Shown here: positions 43,824 to 52,024 of the stretch, one piece after another
Numbering within the stretch: the stretch's first letter is position 1
Layout: the number at the start of each line of letters is the position of its first letter
Assembly: GCA_963662615.2 (NCBI GenBank)
Contig: CAXXSR010000001.1
Coordinates: 1,600,001 to 1,664,000, forward strand
Direction of reading: 5' to 3'
Length of the DNA: 64,000 nt
DNA from: Dehalococcoidia bacterium
Lineage (GTDB): Bacteria > Chloroflexota > Dehalococcoidia > Bin125
Made by a program: the position numbers and the translations under genes
Notes under the pieces: model-generated
What the model was told of the DNA's origin: nothing
The model's database searches: none
What the model saw: the letters and a program-made list of their open reading frames with translations, nothing else

Positions 43824-44870
43824 TCACTGCACGGCCAGGCGCGAATGGGCTGTGTCCAGATCAACCGGTAGGGGCCGGGGCGCACGGCGTTGCGCCTGGA
43901 GTCGCTGGTGCGGCCGCAGGAGGCGGTTGAGCGTCCGCATGTCGGCGATGCCGAGCGCGACCGCGACCTCGTGGTCCCGGAGGCCCGCGTCGCTCAGGTA
44001 AGCGGCAGAGGCGCTCCGCAGGGTGCTTCGCGCCGCGTGGGGAAAGCCTGAGGCGGAACATGCGCCGCGCACGATGCGCCGTGCCTGACGATCGGTCAGC
44101 GGCTCGCCGCGCGCGTTCGCGAACACGAACTCGTCAGACGGCTCCACCTTTAGACGATGGCGCGTCATGAGGGCCGCCGCAGGGCCGAAGATCGCGAGGC
44201 GTGTTCGCTGACCACCTCGCGTCGCCGCGACGCTCCACGCCTCGCCTGCGGGCTCCCATCGCAGGGCGCTCCAGCGCAGGCAGCGGATCTCGCCAGCATC
44301 GAGTCCACTGTAGCAATGGACCGTGACGAGCAGCCGATCCCGAAGCGCGCGCGGGCCTCGCTTGCCGGCTCTTGCGGCCTCCACGATGCGCAGCAGGTCG
44401 GACGGCTCGATGGTGGGGCATTGCGCGCGCCTCCGAGACCGATCTCCCGCCAAGATCACGCCGCTCTGGTACCAGTCCGTCCCATCGCGTCTCGGGAGCA
44501 TCTGGTCGAGGTCGTCGATTCGCCGTCGCCCGTCATCGTCACCGAACATCAGCAGGAGCGCCGCATGGATCGCGCCGAGTCGGATCAGCGCGGTCGTCGC
44601 TGAGGGTCGCTTGGCCGGGGAGGTCAGCACCTCAGCCAACGCCGCGGGACGAGCGAGGATCTCGGAGAGCGTGCTGCCCCGTCCCCGCCGTCCGGCCTCG
44701 CGGACAACGGACCGCAACTGCGAGACCTCGCCCCTGACCGCCCCACCCGACCGGTCTCGGCCGTGCTGCTCGCGGTAGCGGACGAGGAACGCCTCGGACT
44801 CGGCATCGAGCCGTCTGGCCATCGGTCGCTCCAGCGGATCGAGGTCAAAGAGCGTGCGCTGGAACATCAT
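43824..44870 (-). CDS. Tyrosine recombinase-like protein with degenerate catalytic residues
   Basis: RDRLLV..SGLDAGEIRCLRW, VFANARGEPLT, STLRSA, VAVALGIAD; the first Arg, both His/Trp positions and the Tyr are absent. Confidence 0.8.
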   Translation of the reverse strand: MMFQRTLFDLDPLERPMARRLDAESEAFLVRYREQHGRDRSGGAVRGEVSQLRSVVREAGRRGRGSTLSEILARPAALAEVLTSPAKRPSATTALIRLGAIHAALLLMFGDDDGRRRIDDLDQMLPRRDGTDWYQSGVILAGDRSRRRAQCPTIEPSDLLRIVEAARAGKRGPRALRDRLLVTVHCYSGLDAGEIRCLRWSALRWEPAGEAWSVAATRGGQRTRLAIFGPAAALMTRHRLKVEPSDEFVFANARGEPLTDRQARRIVRGACSASGFPHAARSTLRSASAAYLSDAGLRDHEVAVALGIADMRTLNRLLRPHQRLQAQRRAPRPLPVDLDTAHSRLAVQ

Positions 44871-46068
44871 CCGCTCGCACGGGCTCCGCTCGCGGCTGGG
44901 CGCCGTCCACGCCGAGGCCGCTGAGTTTCGTCCAGACCGCCGCGCGGCTGGGCGTCACATAGGAGGCGTCGAACCGCTCCGTCCCCCGCCAGCCGCCACC
45001 GAGCACGGCCTCCCAGCGGGGCAGCACCGCGGCCGCCCCTGTCGCCCACGCCCGGCGGAAAGCATGGGGCGTGTAGTCGGGTGTCCCTGCGAGGCGGCAC
45101 GCGTGCCGGAGCGCCGCCCGCATCGTCTTGTCCGGCAACTGCGCGCCACGCTCCGTCCGCCAGACTGGCCCAGGTTGCCCGAGGGCGATGCGATCGGGGC
45201 GTCCCGCGGTCCGCATCGTCTCGTTGAACCCGAACACGTACAGCCGCAGCGCCTGGCACGACTCGCGATCCAGTTCCACCTCGTGGCGCTCGCGCCCGTT
45301 CTTCTGGTGCAGGAGGACGCGGACGCGGTCGTCCGGCAGGACGTGGCAGTCCGTCCCATCGAGCGTCCGGAGCGCGTGTCCGCGCGAGGCCGTCCTGGCG
45401 AGCAGTGTCGCGAAGGCGCGATCGCGAAGGCCGAGCCAGCCCTCGGCGCGCCCCATCGCCGTGATGATGGCGCGTAGTTCCTCTGGGCGCGGCGTCGGGC
45501 CCCCGCGTCTTCGCGGCGTCCCTGCGGTGATGCGGTATCCTCCACCTCGCCGTTCGGCAACGCGCCGCAAGGCGTCACGGATGATCTCGTGCGGGTCGCG
45601 CCCGAGGGCCGTCTGGAGTTCGGGGCGCAATATGGTCGCAACCGAGCGGATGGCGGTCCGGCGATGCGCGATCGTGGATTTGGAACAGACACGACCGCTC
45701 GCGCACCGGTCCGAGACCAGCATCCGGCCGAGCAGTTCAGGATTGGCGAACAGGTCCGGAATGCCGACGCGGCGCCCGGTTTCGGCAGAGGCGCAGGCAA
45801 GCATCTCGTTCCTCAGCCAGCGGTACGTCTGCATGCTCCGGGTGCGCAGTCGTCCTTCGGCCCGCTCTTCGTACAGCCGGTCGAGGTCGTCACGCTGCGG
45901 TGGGGCGATGGGCTGGCAGCGGTAGGTGCGGCGGCGAACCTTGGGCGGCCTGAGTCCCTCAAAGTCGGGGAGCGCGAACCGGCGCTGATCCGACCCTGAA
46001 ACCCGTACCGACAGGGGCGGGAGTACATCGCAAAACCGGCCGGACTTTCGGGCGGGGCGGGGAAACAT
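44845..46068 (-). CDS. Tyrosine recombinase/integrase
   Basis: RDRAF..TASR, QKNG, TPHAFRRAWAT, GGW, ASY give a full R-K-HxxR-W-Y set; start uncertain. Confidence 0.85.
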   Translation of the reverse strand: MFPRPARKSGRFCDVLPPLSVRVSGSDQRRFALPDFEGLRPPKVRRRTYRCQPIAPPQRDDLDRLYEERAEGRLRTRSMQTYRWLRNEMLACASAETGRRVGIPDLFANPELLGRMLVSDRCASGRVCSKSTIAHRRTAIRSVATILRPELQTALGRDPHEIIRDALRRVAERRGGGYRITAGTPRRRGGPTPRPEELRAIITAMGRAEGWLGLRDRAFATLLARTASRGHALRTLDGTDCHVLPDDRVRVLLHQKNGRERHEVELDRESCQALRLYVFGFNETMRTAGRPDRIALGQPGPVWRTERGAQLPDKTMRAALRHACRLAGTPDYTPHAFRRAWATGAAAVLPRWEAVLGGGWRGTERFDASYVTPSRAAVWTKLSGLGVDGAQPRAEPVRADDVPAHAL

Positions 46069-46247
46069 GGTGACACCGGGTTCCGAGGTCGATGGGGTGG
46101 GACTCTCGATCCCCCCTCCCCCATCAGCGGAACCAGTGTCAGAGGAAAATGTCTGATCGCTGCTTAGTAGTAGTCGTATTCGTCGTCGGCGTCGCAGTTC
46201 GTGACCCGGAGTGGTGTGCATCGATCGGAGCCCGCGCGGCAACGGCA

Positions 46248-46403
46248 CTACTGGCCCTCCTCGCCGCACGAGTCGCCGAGCCGTTCGCGAGCCACCGCGA
46301 GCAGGCGACGCCACAACGCCTCCCACGCGAGCGAGCGGTACCGTGCTTTCCCCACGTAGCACTGCACTTCGTTCACGGGGCGTTCGAGTCGGTCGGCAGC
46401 CAT
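46248..46403 (-). CDS. Small hypothetical protein (51 aa; below the ORF-track cutoff)
   Basis: MAADRLERPVNEVQCYVGKARYRSLAWEALWRRLLAVARERLGDSCGEEGQ; co-oriented with neighbours; its TAG overlaps a GTG in the recombinase frame. Confidence 0.5.
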   Translation of the reverse strand: MAADRLERPVNEVQCYVGKARYRSLAWEALWRRLLAVARERLGDSCGEEGQ

Positions 46404-46465
46404 GCCCCGATCGAAGCAGAGCTAGGCGAGGCGTTCGTGGGATCACCGTGGAGCTTGGACGTAAT

Positions 46466-48172
46466 TTAGGCGTGTTTTGGGGGGAAGTTCAGCCGGTAGT
46501 GCCGACCCTTCTCGGGAACGACGAGGTTCTTCCAAGCAGCTGAGTCCCTGAACACCTCACTCACGCGCGTGGTGTTCGTGGCAATCCCCTTGAGGGCGTC
46601 GTGGGTGCGCAACGCACGGATGCCCGCCTCGTGTGCGCGGTGCAGATTCTTGACGACCTGCGCTTGTGGCGGCGTCAGCGTGAACTCAGCGTCGCCGAGA
46701 CGCACCGACTCGTAGCTCTCGGTGTGGGTGAACGGGGGAACCGCTGGAGCGTCATCCACCTTGGCAGCCGCCATCACGAGGAGCGAGTGCTGCGGCAGCT
46801 CCCCTCGTGCTAGTGACCCAGCGGCGCGCTCGACCATGCTGGACAGGACCGCCAGTACCGTCTCTGAGTGGCGGACCAGCATATCGAGGTACGCTTCCAG
46901 GTCCTGGGTCTCGCGCCCCTTTCGCAAAGCCGTGATCACGTCCGGATACGCCTCAACGGCTCCCTGATCCGAAAGCGTGCCCAGATCGCGTGCGAAGCGC
47001 ACGTACGAGACCGCGGTCGTTCGCGGATCACCCTCAGGAAGCTCGTCCAGGAACACATCCACGCCGTAACGCTCCGGCGGGTCGTACTCTTCCAATTCGG
47101 TCCCCACAGTAGCGAACCGGCGGTCGATACACTGCGAGCAGTAGCCGCAGTGGGGCCGCGTCCTAGAGCGCCGCTGCGAGTTCACGCATGAGAGCGTCGC
47201 GCCGATCAAGTCCGGCTGCCCAGCGGCAGCGATCTGCTCCACGACCTGGCGCCGCGTGCGGTCCCATAGTGGATTCCTGACCTCCGGCGCCTGACCGAGC
47301 ACCGCGGTGGCCAGCGTATTCAACAGAGCGATGAACCGGGGGTGCGTCGAGCGGGAGGCCCGGCTACCGACGAGCTGTCGGTTTATCGGCAGGTTCAAGC
47401 TAACGACACCGTTGTCCGACAAGAAAACCACGGCGGCGTCCATCCGGTGCGCCGCGGCCAGGGCGAGGGACCCATAGAGGAAGGCCCGTGACCGTCGCGT
47501 GCGTTCGCGCGCCTCGTCTCCGGTGCGATGCACTGCCGCCTCGAGCATCGAGAAGCTATCGCTGCCGAACCGTTGCCGAAGTTCCTCGGCGATCCTGCGG
47601 CGCTCGCCTTCGACCAACCCCCAGCTCCGATGCGAGACGAGCAGAGGCCGCCGCTTCTCAGTGAGTTCAGCGAGAACCGTCGCCAGCGAGTCCATCCCGC
47701 CGGAGAAGAGCACCACGACATCCGTCGAGAGGCCCCTCCTCGGCCCCGCTTCGGGCAGCAGCAATTGCCGATCCTCATCAGCGCCAGCCGGCTCAAAGGC
47801 GAACCGCCACTGATCCTGCGTGAGGAAGCCGACGCACTCCTGGAGCGCTCGGGTGACCGGAGGCGAGGACCAGACGTCCGGCGCATTGACGGGAATGGCC
47901 AGCCGCAGGTCTCGCTCCCAGTGCTCGAGTTTCCAATCCGCGCGGCCGCCGCGAGAGACCGTTTGGTCCGCGGCGTAGACGTAGCTCGCGATGCGGACGA
48001 GGTCGTAGGCGCGCCCATCCAGACGCCCGGCGAACGCGTGCTCGAGGTCCTCGATCCGGAGATTCATGGTCCTGCGTGGGCCACGCGTGTGCAGGGCCAC
48101 AGTCTCGACATCGCCGCCCCGCCACTCGCGCGGGATGGTGGCACCGTCGCAGGGGAAGACGACGGCGCTCAC
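46466..48172 (-). CDS. QatC/QueC-like PP-loop enzyme with a C-terminal winged-helix-like domain
   Basis: LFSGGMDS, RSRAFLY, DNGVVSLNLP, SRSTHP, SC...HCGYCSQCIDRR; GTGA overlap with the upstream stop. Confidence 0.88.
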   Translation of the reverse strand: MSAVVFPCDGATIPREWRGGDVETVALHTRGPRRTMNLRIEDLEHAFAGRLDGRAYDLVRIASYVYAADQTVSRGGRADWKLEHWERDLRLAIPVNAPDVWSSPPVTRALQECVGFLTQDQWRFAFEPAGADEDRQLLLPEAGPRRGLSTDVVVLFSGGMDSLATVLAELTEKRRPLLVSHRSWGLVEGERRRIAEELRQRFGSDSFSMLEAAVHRTGDEARERTRRSRAFLYGSLALAAAHRMDAAVVFLSDNGVVSLNLPINRQLVGSRASRSTHPRFIALLNTLATAVLGQAPEVRNPLWDRTRRQVVEQIAAAGQPDLIGATLSCVNSQRRSRTRPHCGYCSQCIDRRFATVGTELEEYDPPERYGVDVFLDELPEGDPRTTAVSYVRFARDLGTLSDQGAVEAYPDVITALRKGRETQDLEAYLDMLVRHSETVLAVLSSMVERAAGSLARGELPQHSLLVMAAAKVDDAPAVPPFTHTESYESVRLGDAEFTLTPPQAQVVKNLHRAHEAGIRALRTHDALKGIATNTTRVSEVFRDSAAWKNLVVPEKGRHYRLNFPPKHA

Positions 48173-48936
48173 GAGCTTTGCGCCTCCCGCTTCAGCTCGC
48201 TGCGTATCTTCCGGAGCGCGACGGCCGTGAAGCGCTCGGCGTCGGCTTGCGGAATGTCCTGGCCGGTCTCCCAGCCCCGCTTCGAGAGCCATTCGCCAGC
48301 GAAGTCGCGAACGATTCCCGCAGACTGCCGCGCGTGCAGATCGACGGCCGCAAGGACCTCGGTCCCGGCCGCCACGCTGGAGAGAACATTGGGAATCTCC
48401 CGATCGAGCGCAGCCGTCAGCACCCGCGCGAGAAAGTCCCCAAAGAACTTCTGAGACACCTCGCCGAACTGGCGCTCCGTGGAGTGCGCGCGGAACGCAC
48501 GCTCCAGATCCTCAACCGTGCCGCCGAACAGGCTCGTCGCCTGCGTCGCCACCGTCTCCAGCAGGGCGCGGCGGAAGGCCTGGGTGGCGTACTCGCCGGC
48601 GACGGACGTCGAGCCCGCCTGCGCGATGTCGGCCCGCAGGCGGTCCGAGAGTTGCGTGATGAGTGCGACCGAAGAGGTGCCGTCGGCCGCCTCGACGCCG
48701 AGCTGCTCCAGCTCCGGGCCGAGCCGCCCGGCCCGCGAAGCGGACATGAGGCGGACCAGGAGCCAGTACGAGCGCGTAAGAGACGGATCGGTGGCCAGAC
48801 GGCGGAGGTAGTCTTCCGCCGCCACGACGGAGGCAGCGGCGACCGCGGCGGTATCGCCGTGGTCCGCAGTCAGGCGATCGACGACCTGCACCCAGCGATC
48901 CCGCTTTGGCAACCGGCCCAGGCGGTTGTGTCCCAT
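48169..48936 (-). CDS. Helical hypothetical protein starting MGHNRLG; putative QatB-like partner
   Basis: Translationally coupled to the QueC-like gene; Gly at position 2; predicted all-helical; no catalytic motif seen. Confidence 0.75.
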   Translation of the reverse strand: MGHNRLGRLPKRDRWVQVVDRLTADHGDTAAVAAASVVAAEDYLRRLATDPSLTRSYWLLVRLMSASRAGRLGPELEQLGVEAADGTSSVALITQLSDRLRADIAQAGSTSVAGEYATQAFRRALLETVATQATSLFGGTVEDLERAFRAHSTERQFGEVSQKFFGDFLARVLTAALDREIPNVLSSVAAGTEVLAAVDLHARQSAGIVRDFAGEWLSKRGWETGQDIPQADAERFTAVALRKIRSELKREAQSS

Positions 48937-49309
48937 CAGGCGCGCTTAGGCATCGTGAGCGTTCCGCTCCGCGTCACCGTCGCGGGTGGCGACCTGCACC
49001 GCGACGGTGACGCTCGTGGACGCCGGGTGACCTCGCGGACTCTCCGCCACATCGTAGGCGACCGCCTGCGACGCGAGGGCTTCCATCTGCTTGACCGGCG
49101 AGTACCTCCCACCAGTCACGGTGGATCGACTTCCCGGTGGGGCACCACGCAGCCGTGACCTCATCGATCTCATCGGCTATGTCAGACACCCCGCGGCAGG
49201 GCCCCACCACTCAAGAGGCAATGTATGGGTAGTGTCCTAGTTTGACGAACCACTCTGGGCGCGCGCCGCTCGCTTATGTTCGTGCCAAGATTTCCTAATC
49301 CTCGAGTGG

Positions 49310-49618
49310 CTAGCGGCAAGAGTCCGGCAACGGTTCGCCTACTCGTACCTCTGTAATGCACGCACGGGAGACCTCGGCTGGTGTTGAAGTACGGAACACG
49401 CATGTTTCCTCGACGGAGCCGAAGGCGCGATACCGAACGCATACCTGGGGCGGCGTAAGTTCAGCTTTGACCCCGACGACGATTTCATCTCCCAGTTCTG
49501 CCTGGGTTTCCAGAGCGGCGATCCGCTGTTCGAGATCGCTGGTGTCCGTTCTACAAGCGGCTGCGGAGATGAGGATAATGGCGATGACCGCGATCGTTCC
49601 GACTCCCCGCACGATCAA
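49310..49618 (-). CDS. Small putative lipoprotein
   Basis: Signal peptide ending AAAC, a short coiled coil and four further Cys; overlaps the upstream stop. Confidence 0.6.
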   Translation of the reverse strand: MIVRGVGTIAVIAIILISAAACRTDTSDLEQRIAALETQAELGDEIVVGVKAELTPPQVCVRYRAFGSVEETCVFRTSTPAEVSRACITEVRVGEPLPDSCR

Positions 49619-49914
49619 GAGCCTTTCTGGTAGTCGGCCACGATCGCGGCCTTGACGGCATTCACGGGCGAGTCGATCCCGCCCGAGTGCAGCACAGCGA
49701 CGTAGCGTCGCTTCCCTTCATCCGTCTCGTGGGACCAGGCGTAGGCGCGCTTGGCCTTGGGGTGGTCGATGAGGTCGAAGACCTGGACCACACCCTCCCA
49801 GACCGTCTCACCCTCGAACGTTTCCGTGACAGGTACGGCCTCCACCCAGCGGCTCTCGCAGCCGTGGAGGTCGCGGATGGCGTCTCGCAGAGCCTCTACA
49901 TTTGTCTCCGCCAA
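49615..49914 (-). CDS. Conserved-looking hypothetical protein (about 99 aa)
   Basis: AIRDLHGC...VWEGVVQVFDL..HPKAKRAYAW...AVKAAI; good codon usage; TTG start assumed. Confidence 0.7.
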   Translation of the reverse strand: MAETNVEALRDAIRDLHGCESRWVEAVPVTETFEGETVWEGVVQVFDLIDHPKAKRAYAWSHETDEGKRRYVAVLHSGGIDSPVNAVKAAIVADYQKGS

Positions 49915-49963
49915 AGGGCTACTCGCCAGACTTATCGTGGCTCTGGGCCGCCGGGGGCTCATC

Positions 49964-50783
49964 TGACCTGCCCCCGATCGTTGTACCAGTCGTTAAGTTA
50001 GTCCGATCGCCGGGACGAGCGTCAGGGGACGTTCCCGGGGTTGCTGCGTTTCCGGGGCGGGGGGGCGGTAGCCGAGGGCACGGTGGGGGCGGATCTGGTT
50101 GTACTCCCGCCGCCAGCCCTCGATGAGGATCTGGGCTTCCAGCAGGGTGTCGAAGCGCTCGCGATTGAGGCACTCGTCGCGCAGCTTGCCGTTGCACGAT
50201 TCCACATAGCCGTTCTCCCAAGGACTGCCCGGTTCGATGAAGAGGGTCGTGACCCCGACCCGGTGCAGCCAGTCCCGCACCGCGGTGGCGGTGAACTCCG
50301 GGCCGTTGTCGGACCGCAGCAACGTCGGCGGCCCGCGCTCGACGAACAGCTGGGCCAACCGCGCCAGGACGTCGTCGCTGCGCAGTCGGCGGGCGACGTC
50401 GAGACGCAGGCACTCGCGGGTGGTCCTCATCCACGATGGCGAGGATCCGCACCGGGCGCCCATCGGCGGTGCGGTCGAAGACGAAGTCGTAGGACCAGAC
50501 GTGGGACGGCCGCTCGGCCCGCCGCCGCACCAGCGAGCCGGCCGCGAGCCAGAGGCGGCCCCGTTGGGGGTGCTTCCCGGGGACCCGCAAGCCTTCCTGA
50601 CGCCAGCGCCGCTCGACCCGCTTGTGGTTCACCCGCCAGCCCTCCTGGCGCAGCAGGGCCGTGATGCGACGGGAGCCGTAGCGGCCGAAGCGGGTGGCCA
50701 GCGCGACGATGCGCGCGATCAGCGCCGGCGCATCCGGGGACGGCCGGGGCACGTAGCGCTGTGTCGCCCGCGCCTGGCCGGTG
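49964..50783 (-). mobile_element. Truncated IS3-family element (one terminal IR plus frameshifted orfB)
   Basis: TGACCTGCCCCC at 49964; WSYDF, RSDNGPEF, PWENGYVES; +1 frameshift near 50425; cut at 50783 by the second IS. Confidence 0.92.
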
Positions 50784-50812
50784 TGACCTGCCCCCGATTG
50801 TTGTACCAGGGC

Positions 50813-51655
50813 TTAAGTTAGTGCCAGAACCATCCGGTCTGCCAAAGGGGTGGGGTGGGGAGGTCCGACCTCCAGGGTCTCTGGGGCGGGGGGGCGGTAG
50901 CCGAGGGCGCTGTGAGGCCGGACTTGGTTGTACTCCCGGCGCCAGCGATCGACCAGGATCTGCGCTTCCGTGAGCGTGGTGAAGATCTCGGGGTTGAGGC
51001 ACTCGTCGCGCAGCTTGCCGTTGAAGGATTCCACATAGCCGTTCTCCCAGGGGCTGCCGGGCTCGATGAAGAGTGTCGTCACGCCGAGGCGACGCAGCCA
51101 GGAACGCACCGCCGTCGCCGTGAACTCGGGGCCGTTGTCGGAGCGGACGTAGGTGGGCGGGCCCCGCTGCACGAAGAGCGCCGTCAGCCGGGCGAGGACG
51201 TCGTCGGACCGCAGGCGCCGGGCCACGTCAATGCTGAGGCACTCCCGCGTGTACTCGTCGACGATGGTCAGCAGGCGCAGGGGCCGGCCGTCGTGGGTCC
51301 GCTCGCTGACGAAGTCGTAGGACCAGACGTGGTTCGGGCGCTCCGCCCGGCGCCGCGTGCAGGATCCATCGGCCGCCCAAAGCCGCCGCCGGCGCGGGGC
51401 TTTCCGGGGCACCCGCAGCCCTTCCTGCCGCCAGAGCCGCTCCACCCGCTTGTGGTTCACCCGCCAGCCCTCGGCCCGCAGCAGCGCCGTGATGCGCCGG
51501 GAGCCGTAGCGCCCGAAGCGGCGGGCAAGGGCGATGATCCGGGCGATCAGAGCCGGCTCGTCCGCGGGCACCTGCACGGGGTGCCGCTGCGTGCTGCGCG
51601 GCTGGGCGAGGGCCCGGCAGGCCCGACGCTCCGAGACGGCCAGCGCGGTTCGCAC
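50813..51655 (-). CDS. IS3 transposase OrfB (DDE)
   Basis: RYGSRRI, VNHKRV, WSYDF, DEYTRE, SDNGPEF, ESFNGKLRDE, YNQVRPHSAL. Confidence 0.95.
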   Translation of the reverse strand: MRTALAVSERRACRALAQPRSTQRHPVQVPADEPALIARIIALARRFGRYGSRRITALLRAEGWRVNHKRVERLWRQEGLRVPRKAPRRRRLWAADGSCTRRRAERPNHVWSYDFVSERTHDGRPLRLLTIVDEYTRECLSIDVARRLRSDDVLARLTALFVQRGPPTYVRSDNGPEFTATAVRSWLRRLGVTTLFIEPGSPWENGYVESFNGKLRDECLNPEIFTTLTEAQILVDRWRREYNQVRPHSALGYRPPAPETLEVGPPHPTPLADRMVLALT

Positions 51656-51679
51656 GTGCGCAACCGCCTGCCGCCGGGC

Positions 51680-51958
51680 TCAGAAGTTTCCCGACGCCAC
51701 CTCTTTGAGGATGGCGTGGTCCAGCGCCTGATCGGCCACCAGCCGCTTCAGCCGCGCGTTCTCCTGCTCCAGCTCCTTGAACCGCTTCGCCTGATCCAGC
51801 CGCAGGCCGCCGTACTCCCGCCGCCAGCGGTAGTAGGTCTGCTCGGCGACGCCGAGCCGTCGTGCCACTTTGGCCACACTCTCGCCCTGCGCCAGGGCCA
51901 CCTCCGCCTCCCGCAGTTTCCCGATGATCTGCTCTGCCGTGTACCGCTTCCGCGCCAT
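51680..51958 (-). CDS. IS3 transposase OrfA (HTH)
   Basis: YTAEQII..LRE, TYYRWRREYGG, KELEQENARLKRLVAD. Confidence 0.95.
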   Translation of the reverse strand: MARKRYTAEQIIGKLREAEVALAQGESVAKVARRLGVAEQTYYRWRREYGGLRLDQAKRFKELEQENARLKRLVADQALDHAILKEVASGNF

Positions 51959-52024
51959 GCCGACTCCCTCCTCCCAGCCCGGATCCTCGCATAGGATCTG
52001 GACCGGTTTTGGGGGGGCAGGTCA

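Larger units (their letters stand above)
50784..52024 (-). mobile_element. IS3-family insertion sequence (IS407-group-like), 1241 bp
   Basis: Terminal IRs TGACCTGCCCCC / GGGGGCAGGTCA; orfA plus orfB; no target-site duplication. Confidence 0.95.

Noticed and set aside
43824-46068. RIT element or XerCD
   Set aside because: Only two recombinases are present, one lacks catalytic residues, no flanking RIT-type inverted repeats were seen, and the sequences are unlike XerC/D.
46466-48172. Housekeeping queC or a dpd DNA-modification cluster
   Set aside because: More than twice the length of QueC, with QatC-type motifs, and no queD, queE, folE or dpdA nearby.
48946-49210. Small ORFs upstream of the MGH protein as a third system component
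   Set aside because: The frames conflict and the 3' part is low-quality; at best a gene fragment, so not supportable.
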